A stretch of DNA of 64,000 nt from Acidimicrobiia bacterium (GCA_038236695.1 JBBRZM010000003.1:42476-106475), one strand, 5' to 3'. Positions 27,539 through 37,809 are shown, counted from the stretch's first letter. The notes: generated by a model not told the origin, from the letters alone. A program made the numbers and translations.

Positions 27539-27862
27539 CTACGCGGCTGCGGTCGAGGGCCGGTCTCGATCGTGGACGCTCACTGCGGCCGCCAGCGCGG
27601 CCCGCAACAGATCGGCGGCGTCGCCCTCGAGCCGATTGGCGGCGATCACTCCCTCCACCATGTCGGTCTGCACACCCTCGAACCCACGCCCTCGCAGCTG
27701 CACCGCGACCACGGCACCGCCCGGATACCACCGGATCGAACGGCATGCGCCCGCGATGCGCGGCGGGCTCCGAAACGCCGGAGCCGCGAGCCCACGGGCA
27801 CGCGCGACCGATGCAAGCATGCGTGCGACCTCGGCGAAGCGGACGGGCGCAGCGGATTCCAC
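27539..27862 (-). CDS. Hypothetical protein (start uncertain)
   Basis: C-terminal about 107 aa of track ORF 27539-28165, from GTG 27862. High GC3 codon pattern. No motif recognised. Confidence 0.4.
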   Translation of the reverse strand: MESAAPVRFAEVARMLASVARARGLAAPAFRSPPRIAGACRSIRWYPGGAVVAVQLRGRGFEGVQTDMVEGVIAANRLEGDAADLLRAALAAAVSVHDRDRPSTAAA

Positions 27863-27884
27863 GCTCTGAGGATCCCACGGGGGT

Positions 27885-29306
27885 GTGACACTCACCGAGG
27901 GGACGCACCGCGGATCGCAAGCGAGACCGGCGCTACCGTCCGGTGTCGTGGCCCGATTGCCGGCTTGGCGCAGCATCCACGACCGCGAGATCCTGCGGCT
28001 CGCGCTGCCGGCCTTCGGCGCCCTCGTGGCCGAGCCGGTGTACATCCTCGTCGACACCGCGATCGTCGGGCACCTGGGCACCCATCTGCTCGGCGGTCTC
28101 GCAGTCGCGGGCATCGTCCTGACGGCCGTCTTCGCCATCTTCAACTTTCTCGCGTACTCCACCACCGGCGCCGTCGCCCGTCAGCTCGGCGCAGACAACC
28201 GGCGCGCCGCTGCGGAGCAGGGCATCGCGGGCGTGTGGCTCGCGGCAGCGTTGGGGCTGGCGCTCGCGGTGCTCGTCCTGGCGCTCGCGCCGACGATCAT
28301 CGACGTCATGGGCGCGTCACGCGCCGTCGCGCCGCCCGCGCTCACGTATCTCCGTATCAACATTCTCGGCGCGCCTGCGGTGCTCATCGCGCTCGCCGGT
28401 GCCGGTTACCTGCGGGGGCTCCAGGACACACGCACGACGCTGCTGATCGCAGTCGGCTCCAACGTGGTCAACCTTGTACTCGAGGTCGTGCTGATCTACG
28501 GCGTCGGCCTCGGAATCGCGGGCTCGGCGTGGGGAACGGTCATCGCGCAAGTCGGTGCCGCGCTCGTGTTCCTCGCCGTCGTGCGCCGCACCGCAGTCCC
28601 CGCGGGCGCGAGTCTCGCGCCACATGCCGCGCGGATCCGAGCCGCGGCGGTCATCGGCAGCCAACTCGTCGTGCGGACCGGATCGCTGCTCCTCGCGTTG
28701 CTGACCGCGACGGCGGTCGCGTCGCGTATCGGCGACGCCGATGTCGCGGCGCATCAAATCGCGTTCCAGATCTGGTGGTTCTTCGCGCTGTCCTTGGATG
28801 CGATCGCGATCGCGGGCCAGGCGATGATCGGAAGATTCCTCGGCGCCGAACACGCCAACGACGCGCGGGCTGCGGCCCGGCGAATGCTCGAGTGGGGCCT
28901 GGCCGGAGGTCTGCTCGTGGGCACACTGGTGGCGGCGCTGCGACCCGTGCTGGTGCCGGTCTTCACGTCCGATGCGCACGTGCGTCATCTCGCGCTGCAG
29001 GTGCTCTGGGTTGTCGCGGCAATGCAGCCGATCAACGCGATCGTGTTCGTGCTCGACGGCATCCTCATCGGCGCTGGTGACGCGGGTTATCTCGCCGCGG
29101 CGATGGCCGTCGCCACACTGGTCGTCTTCCTGCCGCTGGCCGCGGGCGTGCTCGCCGCGGACGGCACGCTGCTGATGCTCTGGGGTGCGCTCGCGCTCTG
29201 GATGGTGGCGCGCCTCGCGGGACTTGTCGCGCGCTTCGCATCGACGCGATGGCAGGTGACCGGTGCGGTGAGAGCGGCACCGCCTCGCGTCAGACCAACG
29301 GATTGA
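27885..29306 (+). CDS. MATE-family efflux transporter (DinF-like)
   Basis: 473-aa GTG-start track ORF with 12 predicted TM helices. N-terminal EILRLALPAFGALVAEPVYILVDTAIVGHLG is typical of MATE. Confidence 0.85.
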   Translation: MTLTEGTHRGSQARPALPSGVVARLPAWRSIHDREILRLALPAFGALVAEPVYILVDTAIVGHLGTHLLGGLAVAGIVLTAVFAIFNFLAYSTTGAVARQLGADNRRAAAEQGIAGVWLAAALGLALAVLVLALAPTIIDVMGASRAVAPPALTYLRINILGAPAVLIALAGAGYLRGLQDTRTTLLIAVGSNVVNLVLEVVLIYGVGLGIAGSAWGTVIAQVGAALVFLAVVRRTAVPAGASLAPHAARIRAAAVIGSQLVVRTGSLLLALLTATAVASRIGDADVAAHQIAFQIWWFFALSLDAIAIAGQAMIGRFLGAEHANDARAAARRMLEWGLAGGLLVGTLVAALRPVLVPVFTSDAHVRHLALQVLWVVAAMQPINAIVFVLDGILIGAGDAGYLAAAMAVATLVVFLPLAAGVLAADGTLLMLWGALALWMVARLAGLVARFASTRWQVTGAVRAAPPRVRPTD

Positions 29307-30132
29307 CCGGCGCGCCGCCTTCGATCTCGTCGCGCCGGATGGTGACGCTCTGCCGCGCCAGCTCGGGCTCCGTGGTGACCAAGAATCGTTGCGTGCGGAT
29401 CGCGTCGACGACGAGGTCGGCCACGGTGCTCGGGGGTACGCCGGCGGCTACGAGCTCGTTGACGAACGCTCGCATTGCCGTGATCTCCGGATCGGTGCTT
29501 TCCGGAAGCTCGCCGAGCCGCTCGGGCCAGTTGCGCTCGGACTCGTGGATCGCAGTTCTGACGAAGCCGGGACACACCACCGTCACGCCGACGTTGGAGC
29601 CGCGTGCCGCGAGCTCGTGATGCATCGTCTCGGAGATCGCGAGCACCGCGTGCTTGCTCGCGTTGTAGGGGCCGAGGTTGCCGATCGCGCCGAGCGCGGC
29701 AATTGACGCGGTATTCACGACGTGACCCACATCCTGGGCGACAAGTACCGGCACGAGGAATCGACAGCCGTGAATCACGCCCCAGACATTGACGCCGAGC
29801 ACCCACTCCCACGACGTGAGCGGCTCGTCCCATGTCGTGAACCCGTGGCCACCAACGCCCGCGTTGTTGCACACGACGTGATACGAGCCGAAGCGTTCGA
29901 GCGCAGCGGCACCCAGCGCTTCGACCGCCGGGGCATCGGAGACGTCGGTGGGCATCGAGAACACCTCGGCGCCTTGGTCGCGTAGCGACTTCGTTGCCGC
30001 CTCGAGCGCGGCCTCTTCCACATCGGCCAGCACGAGCCTCATGCCCTCGGCCGCGAACCGCTCTGCCATCGCGTATCCAATACCGCTCGCACCACCGGTG
30101 ATGACCGCAACCTTGTCGCGCAGGTCTTCCAT
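29290..30132 (-). CDS. SDR-family oxidoreductase
   Basis: Last 280 aa of the 1198-aa track ORF, from the internal ATG. TGGASGIG, NNAG, Y-x3-K (YNASK). Confidence 0.85.
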   Translation of the reverse strand: MEDLRDKVAVITGGASGIGYAMAERFAAEGMRLVLADVEEAALEAATKSLRDQGAEVFSMPTDVSDAPAVEALGAAALERFGSYHVVCNNAGVGGHGFTTWDEPLTSWEWVLGVNVWGVIHGCRFLVPVLVAQDVGHVVNTASIAALGAIGNLGPYNASKHAVLAISETMHHELAARGSNVGVTVVCPGFVRTAIHESERNWPERLGELPESTDPEITAMRAFVNELVAAGVPPSTVADLVVDAIRTQRFLVTTEPELARQSVTIRRDEIEGGAPVNPLV

Positions 30133-30170
30133 TTCACGCTCCCAACGATGCGTCCGGGCGGAATTCGACC

Positions 30171-31616
30171 CTAGCCCTCGACCGTCGGAGCGGCCGACGC
30201 TACGGCCCGGGCGGCACGCCCGCCATGGCTGTGTTCGCACGAAGATCGAGCGTGTGCCGCAACGCCGGTCGCACGAGGATCGAGCGTGTGCCGCAACGCC
30301 GGTCGCACGATGAGCACGAAGGCCACGCCCAACAGCACGCAACCGGCTCCGACAAGTGTGGTGCGCACACCGATCTGGTCGGCGAGCATCCCTTGGAGCA
30401 ACGCGCCGAGCGGAATACCCGCGGTGATCGCCATGGTGTAGAGCGAGAGCACCCGTCCCCGGTACTGCTCGGCCACGCTCAACTGGATCGACGTGTTGGC
30501 CGCGCTCACAGCCATGAGGTACGCCACACCGAGCACGAACATCCCGATTGCTGCCGCGAGGTAGGCGGGCGAGAGGCCGACGCCGATGAGACCCAACCCG
30601 TACAGCACTACCGCCGACGTCGCGAGCTGCGATCGGCGAACGCCGTCGGCGTAGCCACTCACGAACATGGCGCCCATGACGCCGCCGGCGCCGAACGCGG
30701 CGACGATCACTGCGTACGCGTCGCCGGACTCTCCCAGGGAGCGCCGCGCCAGCACAACCGAGAGCTGGAGCACCGGTGCGCCGAAGAACGCGACGCAGCC
30801 GGCGAGCAGCACGGCAACGAGGAGCCCGGTGTGACGCCGCGCGTAGGCGAGGCTGTCGCGGAACTGCCGCCAGACACGATCGCCGGACGCCGTCGTCAAC
30901 TGCTCGGGCGCGCGGATCAACAACAGCGCCACGATTACCGTGCCGAACGACACTGCGTTGAGCAGAAACGCCCTCGACGCGCCGAACTGCGTGAGCACCA
31001 CGCCACCCAGCGCCGGACCCACCGCGCGCGACGCGTTGAACTGGGCCGAGTTGAGGGTGATCGCGTTGAGCAGCTCGTGCTTCGGCGCGAGCTGGGGCAC
31101 GAAGGCCTGCCACGCCGGAAGGCTGAAGCCCACCGAGATACCGGTGAGCGAGACGAGCGCGCACGTCGTCCACGGGCTCGCGTGGCCGTCGGCCCACACC
31201 GCCCAGAGCGCGAGTGCGGCGACGGTACCGAGCAGGGTGGCGAGCAGCAATGTCCACTTGCGGGAGAATCGATCCGCGCACACACCGCCGAGGGGCGCGA
31301 CGACAACGGCGGGGATGAACTGGGCGAACACGCCGAAGCCGACCCATGTGGCCGAGTGAGTGGTCTGGTAGAGCACGTACGGCACCGTGACGTTCTGCAT
31401 CCACGAACCGGAGTTCGACACGAACGCCCCTGCCGTGAACAGGGCAAAGTCGCGGTGTCGTAGCGAACGGAACGCGTGACGCAGGCCCCGACCGCCGGGT
31501 GTGCCGGGCGTGTCGACGTCGGCCCCGGCCAGCGCCGTGACGAAACCGGCTTCGGCCGAGCGATGCGCTTCGCCGTCGAGCCCGCGCTCGCCTCGAGGCT
31601 CGTGCGGCACTGACAT
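30171..31616 (-). CDS. MFS transporter (EntS/MFS_3-like)
   Basis: 481-aa track ORF with 12 TM helices. The 3' end runs through a 34-bp tandem duplication. Confidence 0.8.
   Translation of the reverse strand: MSVPHEPRGERGLDGEAHRSAEAGFVTALAGADVDTPGTPGGRGLRHAFRSLRHRDFALFTAGAFVSNSGSWMQNVTVPYVLYQTTHSATWVGFGVFAQFIPAVVVAPLGGVCADRFSRKWTLLLATLLGTVAALALWAVWADGHASPWTTCALVSLTGISVGFSLPAWQAFVPQLAPKHELLNAITLNSAQFNASRAVGPALGGVVLTQFGASRAFLLNAVSFGTVIVALLLIRAPEQLTTASGDRVWRQFRDSLAYARRHTGLLVAVLLAGCVAFFGAPVLQLSVVLARRSLGESGDAYAVIVAAFGAGGVMGAMFVSGYADGVRRSQLATSAVVLYGLGLIGVGLSPAYLAAAIGMFVLGVAYLMAVSAANTSIQLSVAEQYRGRVLSLYTMAITAGIPLGALLQGMLADQIGVRTTLVGAGCVLLGVAFVLIVRPALRHTLDPRATGVAAHARSSCEHSHGGRAARAVASAAPTVEG
30244..30311. 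repeat. Direct tandem duplication, 2 x 34 bp
   Basis: GATCGAGCGTGTGCCGCAACGCCGGTCGCACGA(G/T) at 30244-30277 and 30278-30311, differing at 1 position. A partial third match (tcgcacgaa) lies immediately upstream. Confidence 0.9.
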
Positions 31617-31725
31617 GGTCCTGCGACCCTACCCGCGGCCACGTTTCGCGACGCTTGCTGCGGTTCGCACGACGGGCTCCACGCCAAGGTTTGCATCCCG
31701 GACGCGGATGCGGTTTGCTGCCGGG

Positions 31726-32676
31726 ATGCCCGAACGGGCGACCGACGGTTCGCCGCCCACGATCGACATCACGACGAGACCTGAAGTCGACGACGCCACT
31801 CTCGCGGCGCAGACCGCTCCGACCAGCAGCGCGCTCGTACCGATTCATCCGGCCGATGAGCGGGCCCCCGATCTCGACGACCGTGCGATTCGAAAAGGCG
31901 ACGTCGACGCATGGGGCCGCAGCGAGCGCGTGCGCGAGGTCGCCCGAAGGATCTACGACCCGATCTACCGGCACTATTTCCGCGCCGAGTGGGAAGGCCT
32001 CGAGCACATCCCCCAAACCGGAGGCGCCCTGCTGGTGGCCAACCACGCGGGCGCGATCCCGTCCGATGCGCCGGTGATCATGCACGGCATCGAGACGGAG
32101 CTGCATCGCCCGGTCTACGGCCTCGCCGAATACCTCTTCCGCGCGCTGCCGGTGATCGGCACGCTCTGGGCGCGCGCCGGAGGTGTACCCGCGCACCCCG
32201 ACAACGCGTACCGGCTCCTGCATGACGACGCGCAGCTCGCGCTTGTGTTCCCCGAGGGAGAAAAAGGTACGGGCAAGCTCTACCGCGACCGCTACAAGCT
32301 CAATCGCTTCGGACGGGCAGGGTTCGTCGAGATCGCGATGCGCTCGGGCGTGCCGATCGTCCCCATCGCCGTGGTCGGCGCGGAAGAGTCGATGCCGATC
32401 CTGTTCAAGAGCAAGCGGATCGCGAAGCTGCTCAACGTTCCCTACGTGCCGATCACCGCCAACCACCTGCTCTTCGGGCCGCTGCTCGGCACCGCGCTCT
32501 ATTTCCCGGCCAAGTTCAAGCTGCGGGTGCTTCCGCCGGTCCACTTCGGCGTACCGCCCGACCAGGAGCGTTACTCGCGCAGCCGCGTCATGGAAGAAGC
32601 CGACCGGATCCGCGAGCAACTCCAAACGGCGCTCTACGACATGCTGCGATCGCGTCGTAGCGTGTGGTTCGGCTGA
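31726..32676 (+). CDS. Lysophospholipid (1-acyl-sn-glycerol-3-phosphate-type) acyltransferase family protein
   Basis: Track ORF 31501-32676. HxxxxD box as LVANHAGAIPSD, and FPEGEKGTGK. Start uncertain (ATG at 31615, 31708 or 31726). Confidence 0.7.
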   Translation: MPERATDGSPPTIDITTRPEVDDATLAAQTAPTSSALVPIHPADERAPDLDDRAIRKGDVDAWGRSERVREVARRIYDPIYRHYFRAEWEGLEHIPQTGGALLVANHAGAIPSDAPVIMHGIETELHRPVYGLAEYLFRALPVIGTLWARAGGVPAHPDNAYRLLHDDAQLALVFPEGEKGTGKLYRDRYKLNRFGRAGFVEIAMRSGVPIVPIAVVGAEESMPILFKSKRIAKLLNVPYVPITANHLLFGPLLGTALYFPAKFKLRVLPPVHFGVPPDQERYSRSRVMEEADRIREQLQTALYDMLRSRRSVWFG

Positions 32677-32686
32677 GGCGGCACGC

Positions 32687-33724
32687 ATGCGGGTCTTGGT
32701 CACCGGTCTCGGCACATTCTGGGGAAGCCACCTCGCGCAGCAGCTCGAGGAGCGCGACGATGTCGAAGTCGTCGTCGGGCTCGACACGCGCGAGCCACGA
32801 CTGCCGCTCGAGCGCACGGAGTTCGTCCGCGCCGACTCGTCGTACTCGATCCTGCACCGCATCGTGCAGGCCACCAAGGTCGACACGATCCTTCACACCC
32901 ACCTGATCGTCGACTCCACGACCCTCAGCGGGCGCGCGATGCACGAGATCAACGTGATCGGCACCATGAACTTGCTCGCAGCCGCAGGCGCCGCCGGCAG
33001 TGCGGTGCGCAAGGTGGTCGTGAAGAGCTCGACCCTCGTCTACGGCGCCAACTACAAGGATCCGTACTTCTTCCGTGAAGACATGCAGCGCACGCGCGGT
33101 CCGCGTACGCGCGTGGAGCGATCGCTCATGGAAGTGGCGTCGTTCGTGCGCGACTTCGCAGAAGACAATCCGCATGTGATCGTCACGAAGCTGCGCTTCA
33201 CCAATGTGCTCGGCGACCTCCTGGAGACACCGTTCTCGAAGGCCCTGCGGATGGCGGTCGTACCGGAGATCACGGGTTTCGACCCGCGCCTACAGTTCGC
33301 TCACGAAGACGACGTCACCGGCGCACTGCTGTATGCCACCGCCCACGACGTGCCGGGCGTCTACAACGTCGCCGGCGACGGCACACTGCCGTGGAGCGAA
33401 GTGTGCGCGATCGTCGGCAAGCGCCGCGTGCCGATGCCGCCGGTGCTCACCGCGTTGGCCGCAGAGCCGTTGCGCATGCTCCGCGTGCTCGAGATGCCGC
33501 CGGAGATGCTGAGCCTCCTGCGGTATGGGCGCGCGGTCGACAACCAGAGGTTCAAGAAGGCCGGTTATCGCTACAAGCTCTCGACGGCTGGGGCCGTCGA
33601 CGCGTTCGCGCGCAGCCTGCGTCTGGAGCGCACGGTCGGCGAGCACGATCTCACGTACCGATACGAGCGCGACGTCGAGACGTTCTTCCGCCACTCATCT
33701 GCCGTGGTGAGAGAGGCGGAGTAG
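32687..33724 (+). CDS. NAD-dependent epimerase/dehydratase family protein
   Basis: In-frame ATG 32687. MRVLVTGLGTFWGSHLAQQL Rossmann N-terminus, 10 nt after the acyltransferase stop. Confidence 0.85.
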   Translation: MRVLVTGLGTFWGSHLAQQLEERDDVEVVVGLDTREPRLPLERTEFVRADSSYSILHRIVQATKVDTILHTHLIVDSTTLSGRAMHEINVIGTMNLLAAAGAAGSAVRKVVVKSSTLVYGANYKDPYFFREDMQRTRGPRTRVERSLMEVASFVRDFAEDNPHVIVTKLRFTNVLGDLLETPFSKALRMAVVPEITGFDPRLQFAHEDDVTGALLYATAHDVPGVYNVAGDGTLPWSEVCAIVGKRRVPMPPVLTALAAEPLRMLRVLEMPPEMLSLLRYGRAVDNQRFKKAGYRYKLSTAGAVDAFARSLRLERTVGEHDLTYRYERDVETFFRHSSAVVREAE

Positions 33725-33726
33725 GC

Positions 33727-34482
33727 GTGCCGCTGCGGACTGAGAGGAACGGTCGCGTCGCGGTGCTCGTACTCGACGATCCGGAGCACCGCAACGCACT
33801 GACGCCCGAGCTCGTCCAAGACATCGTGCGTCACGTCAACATCTTCGAGACCAGTGGCGACGTCGGCGCGCTCGTCATCACTGGTGCGCCGCCCGCGTTC
33901 TGCGCGGGCGCCGACGTCAGCGGCCTGGCCGCACTCGTCGGCGCGGGCGTGAAGGGCGCGCAGGCGCTCCGCGATATCTACGGAGCGTTCCTGCGGGTGC
34001 GGAGCTCGCCGTTGCCGACGGTGGCCGCCGTCAACGGTCCCGCGGTCGGCGCCGGTCTCAATCTCGCGCTGGCATGCGACGTTCGGATCGTAACCCCGAA
34101 CGCGCGCTTCGATTCGCGCTTCGTGTCGATTGGGCTGCACCCCGGCGGCGGGCACACCTGGCTCCTCGAGCGCGCCATCGGGCCGCAGGCCGCCGCGGCC
34201 ATGGTGCTGTTCGGGGAGTCGGTCGACGGCGACCGCGCGGTCGAGCTCGGCCTCGCGTGGCATTGCGTGCCCGACGGCGAGCTGCTCGACGCGACAGTCT
34301 CGCTCGCCGCGCACGCGGCCGCCGCGCCCCCGGACCTCAACGCTCGAGTCAAGGCATCATTGCGGGACGCGCCGTGGCGGGCGACGTTCGACGACGCAGT
34401 CACGGCAGAGCTCGGGCCCCAGCTCTGGTCGCTCGACCAACCCTTCTTCGCCCACGGCCGCGACACGAAGGCTTCTGGCTGA
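33727..34482 (+). CDS. Enoyl-CoA hydratase/isomerase family protein
   Basis: In-frame GTG 33727. FCAGADV and VAAVNGPAVGAGLNLALACD crotonase motifs. Confidence 0.85.
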   Translation: MPLRTERNGRVAVLVLDDPEHRNALTPELVQDIVRHVNIFETSGDVGALVITGAPPAFCAGADVSGLAALVGAGVKGAQALRDIYGAFLRVRSSPLPTVAAVNGPAVGAGLNLALACDVRIVTPNARFDSRFVSIGLHPGGGHTWLLERAIGPQAAAAMVLFGESVDGDRAVELGLAWHCVPDGELLDATVSLAAHAAAAPPDLNARVKASLRDAPWRATFDDAVTAELGPQLWSLDQPFFAHGRDTKASG

Positions 34483-34626
34483 ACCTCCTGAATTGCTCTA
34501 AAGGGGCATTCACGTACCACTCGGAACGTGATGCCCGCTCGTCGGATGCGTGACGCCTACGTATGAAGCCTGATCAAGAACAGCCGCAAACAGTTCGACG
34601 TGCTCATGCAGGAAGACCCGGCATGC

Positions 34627-34648
34627 CTGCAGCGCGTCGCGGCTGCAG
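34627..34648 (-). terminator. Hairpin just downstream of the GNAT gene
   Basis: CTGCAGC-N8-GCTGCAG, a 7-bp perfect stem 10 nt past the stop codon. No U-tract. Confidence 0.3.
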
Positions 34649-34657
34649 ACGCCTGAC

Positions 34658-35245
34658 TCAGTCGGCGAGCAACCGACGCTCGACGTCGTCGCGCTGGTCC
34701 TTCCACTCCTCGACGGTGATCGCGTAGCGCACATGGTCTTCCCACACGCCGCGGATCTGCAAGAACCGGCGGGCGACGCCTTCTTCGCGAAACCCGAGCT
34801 TTTCGGCGACGCGTCGGCTGGCGACGTTGCGCGGCACGATGGCAGCCTCGATGCGGTGGAGCTGCAGCTCCTCGAATCCGAAGCGCAAGCTCAGGGCCAC
34901 GCCTTCGGGCACGAGTGCCTGTCCGGCGTGCTTCACGTCGATCCAGTACCCGACGAACGCAAATTGGAACGGGCCGCGCTGAACGCTACCGAGGCTGACC
35001 TCGCCGATGAGAGGGCCGCGCCGCAGGAACAAACCGAAGCCGTACGCGGTATCGAAATGCCGCTGACGCTCCCACGCCCCGCAGCGCGCCCGGAACGCCT
35101 CGAGCTCGGTCACCGGATCAGGCACGCCCGGTTCGGGGAGCGGTTCCCACGACTCGAGCCAGTCGCGGCTGCGGAGTCGCACCTCCCGCCATTCCTCGAA
35201 GTCAGCGGCTTTCAACGGACGCAGCTCCACCCGTGGCCCCTGCAT
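34658..35245 (-). CDS. GNAT-family N-acetyltransferase (RimJ/RimL-like)
   Basis: Internal ATG 35245 (MQGPRVELRPLKAADFEEW...). GYWIDVKHAGQALVPEG and HRIEAAIVPRNVASRRVAEKLGF motifs. Confidence 0.8.
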   Translation of the reverse strand: MQGPRVELRPLKAADFEEWREVRLRSRDWLESWEPLPEPGVPDPVTELEAFRARCGAWERQRHFDTAYGFGLFLRRGPLIGEVSLGSVQRGPFQFAFVGYWIDVKHAGQALVPEGVALSLRFGFEELQLHRIEAAIVPRNVASRRVAEKLGFREEGVARRFLQIRGVWEDHVRYAITVEEWKDQRDDVERRLLAD

Positions 35246-35361
35246 CGAGCGAGCGTCGCGGAACTTCAACGCGGCACCTCGCGCGACACCGCGCAACGAG
35301 CGCGGGACACACGATTTCGGGGCACGCCGGGAAGGTTAGCGGTGCCCTAGGGTTGCCGGCC

Positions 35362-35943
35362 GTGACCACTCCCGCGCCATCCGCTGACGATCGCCTCGTG
35401 TGGCTCGACCTCGAGATGACCGGTCTCGACTTGGAACGTCACCGCATCGTCGAGATCGCGGTGCTCGTCACCGACTCGCAGCTGGAAGCGCTCGACGAAG
35501 GCATCGACATCGTCGTGCACCAACCGGCCGAAGTCCTCGCCGCGATGGATGACTTCGTCCGATCGATGCACACCAAATCGGCGCTGTTACGTGAGATCGA
35601 GGCGTCGACCGTCACGCTCGACGCGGCCGGTCGCGACGCGTTGGCCTATGTGCGTGGCCACGTCAGCGAGGCGGGCGTCGCGCCGCTGTGCGGCAACTCG
35701 ATCGGCGTCGACCGGCGCTTCCTCGACCGGTACCTTCCCGATTTCGATCGCTACGTCCACTACCGCAGCGTCGACGTCTCGTCGCTCAAGGAGCTGTGCC
35801 GGCGCTGGTATCCGGAGATCTACAAGCACCGCCCGGGGAAGGCGGAAGCGCACCGAGCGCTCGCCGACATCCGTGAGTCGATCGCCGAGCTGCGGTACTA
35901 CCGCGAACACATGCTGCGGCCCCCGGAACCACAACCGGGATGA
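35362..35943 (+). CDS. orn: Oligoribonuclease
   Basis: In-frame GTG 35362. DEDDh motifs LVWLDLEMTGLD, CGNSIGVDRRFL, EAHRALADIRESI. Confidence 0.85.
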   Translation: MTTPAPSADDRLVWLDLEMTGLDLERHRIVEIAVLVTDSQLEALDEGIDIVVHQPAEVLAAMDDFVRSMHTKSALLREIEASTVTLDAAGRDALAYVRGHVSEAGVAPLCGNSIGVDRRFLDRYLPDFDRYVHYRSVDVSSLKELCRRWYPEIYKHRPGKAEAHRALADIRESIAELRYYREHMLRPPEPQPG

Positions 35944-36038
35944 GCCGGCGGGCGCCGAGGCGCTCCGAGCGGCGGAGGAATGTGACGAGGAGCAAGAGCG
36001 GCAAAAACCCTACGTAACCGTCGCTGGGTCAAGCCGGG

Positions 36039-37136
36039 TCAGGCCAAGAGCTCGCGCAGCGCGCCGACGAGCGTGACGACGGAGCGCTCGCGCGCCGAGT
36101 GACCCATGAGCCCGATCCGCCAGGCCTTGCCCGCGAACTCGCCGAGCCCGGCGCCGACTTCGATGCCGTACCCCTCCAGCAGGCCCTTGCGCAGCGTGGC
36201 GTCGTCGGCGCCCTCGGGCAGCCACGTCGAGGTGAGCTGCGGGAGACGCCTCCCCTCCTCGGCAAGGAGCGAGAACCCGAGCTGCGGGAGCGCGCGCTGG
36301 AGGAGCTGTCCGACGCGCCGGTGGCGCTCACACGCCGCCTCGAGCCCCTCATCGAGGATCGCTCCGAGCGCGCCGTGCAACGAGAAGATCATCGCAACGG
36401 GCGCGGTGTGGTGGTATCGACGCGTCGCCCCACCGACGTACGCGCCGATGAGTCCGAGGTCGAGGTACCACGACTGCGGAGGCGTCACGCGTGTGTGGAG
36501 CCGCTCGACGGCGCGCGCGGAGAACGTGAGCGGCGCGAGTCCGGGGGGTACGCCGAGGCATTTCTGCGTGCCCGAGTAGCAGGCGTCGATCCCCCAGCCG
36601 TCGACGTCGAGCGGAATGCCGCCGAGCGACGTGACCGCGTCGACTACGAGGAGCGTGTCGGTGTGCTGCAACGCGGCCAGCGGTGCGATCTCGTTTTCGA
36701 CACCCGTCGATGTCTCGGCGTGCACGACCGCCAGGAGGCGCGCACCCGGGTGGCCATGTTGGGCATCGAGCAGCCGCTCGGGCGCGATCGCGTGTCCCCA
36801 TTGCTCGTCAACCCGCACGACCTCGGCGCCGCACCGTTGGGCCACGTCGCACATGCGCTCGCCGAAGACACCGTTGACACCGATGATCGCGGTGTCGCCC
36901 GGCTCGAGCAGGTTGACGAAGCACGCTTCCATGCCGGCCGAACCGGTGCCGCTGATCGGCAACGTCAGCTCATTGTCGGTGCGGAAGACCCGCCGGAGCC
37001 GCTCACAGGTCTCGTCGAGCAGCGCGAGGAACTCGGGATCCATGTGACCGAGCAACGGCCGGGTGAGCGCGCGTGTCGCTTCCGGATACGGGTTGGACGG
37101 GCCGGGGCCGAGCAGCAGGCGGTCGGTGATCGGCAC
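36039..37136 (-). CDS. Class-V aminotransferase (alanine-glyoxylate / serine-pyruvate aminotransferase-like)
   Basis: 365-aa track [21 protein letters not shown]-terminus and [11 protein letters not shown]-lysine region. Confidence 0.85.
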   Translation of the reverse strand: MPITDRLLLGPGPSNPYPEATRALTRPLLGHMDPEFLALLDETCERLRRVFRTDNELTLPISGTGSAGMEACFVNLLEPGDTAIIGVNGVFGERMCDVAQRCGAEVVRVDEQWGHAIAPERLLDAQHGHPGARLLAVVHAETSTGVENEIAPLAALQHTDTLLVVDAVTSLGGIPLDVDGWGIDACYSGTQKCLGVPPGLAPLTFSARAVERLHTRVTPPQSWYLDLGLIGAYVGGATRRYHHTAPVAMIFSLHGALGAILDEGLEAACERHRRVGQLLQRALPQLGFSLLAEEGRRLPQLTSTWLPEGADDATLRKGLLEGYGIEVGAGLGEFAGKAWRIGLMGHSARERSVVTLVGALRELLA

Positions 37137-37145
37137 GCCTGGATG

Positions 37146-37415
37146 CTAGTGAGCGGCGCCCGCCGTGACCGCGTTGAGTTTCGGCTTCACTGAAACCATA
37201 TAGACGAGGCCGGCGATGAGCTCGCCAATTCCGGTGCACACAGTCAGCACGATCGGCAGCACGATCCAGAGCGTCCGGTTCTGCTGTATTGCTTCCCACG
37301 CGCTCGCAGGTCGCCCCGCCGCGTCGACCACGGCGAAGACGACGACGATCAGCGCGGCGATCGGTATCACCACGAAGAAGGCGATAATCACACGTTCCGC
37401 CAAACCCAAAGCCAT
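37146..37415 (-). CDS. Small membrane protein (DUF2516-like)
   Basis: 89-aa track ORF with two or three TM helices flanking VDAAGRPASAWEA. Confidence 0.55.
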   Translation of the reverse strand: MALGLAERVIIAFFVVIPIAALIVVVFAVVDAAGRPASAWEAIQQNRTLWIVLPIVLTVCTGIGELIAGLVYMVSVKPKLNAVTAGAAH

Positions 37416-37434
37416 GTGATTCCCCCGTCAGCGA

Positions 37435-37809
37435 CTAGCCCGCGATTCCGAGCAATCGTCCGAAGTGTTTGAGCAACATGCGGACGTCGTCTTCTGCGAG
37501 CTCTCCGGCGACAATGCCGCGCGCGATCTCGGCCGCCGCACGAGCCACGAGCGTCACGTCGTGATCGGGAAGTGCGATGCCGTCGGCCGCAGCTGCACCC
37601 TGCACGGCATGGGTGGCGGCGAGCGCAGCGTGGGCCGCGTCGCGTGAGCGGTGGAAGCGGCGCAGTGCACGGTCAATGCCGAGCGTCGCCCGCCAGGCGT
37701 CCACCTCACCGGCGGCCGAATCGGTGTGGGCGGCGAGGGAGGCCGCGACCCGACGCACGTCCAGCTGCGACAGCCGGCTCAGCGCGGTGGTGAAAGCGGC
37801 GAGATCCAT
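37435..37809 (-). CDS. Hypothetical protein
   Basis: Internal ATG 37809, downstream of the ppx stop. Ala-rich helical sequence with no recognised motif. Confidence 0.45.
   Translation of the reverse strand: MDLAAFTTALSRLSQLDVRRVAASLAAHTDSAAGEVDAWRATLGIDRALRRFHRSRDAAHAALAATHAVQGAAAADGIALPDHDVTLVARAAAEIARGIVAGELAEDDVRMLLKHFGRLLGIAG

Noticed and set aside
31615-31725. Longer N-terminus for the acyltransferase starting at ATG 31615
   Set aside because: That ATG overlaps the divergent MFS start codon, and the first about 40 residues are Arg/Pro/Thr-rich and non-coding-like. I kept ATG 31726 but the start remains uncertain.
29290-32886. 1198-aa minus-strand ORF, the longest in the track
   Set aside because: Only its last 280 aa (SDR, 29290-30132) look like protein. 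The rest is Arg/Ala/Pro/Gly-rich and runs out of frame or antisense through the MFS, acyltransferase and epimerase genes. This is the expected stop-poor-frame artefact of 70% GC DNA.
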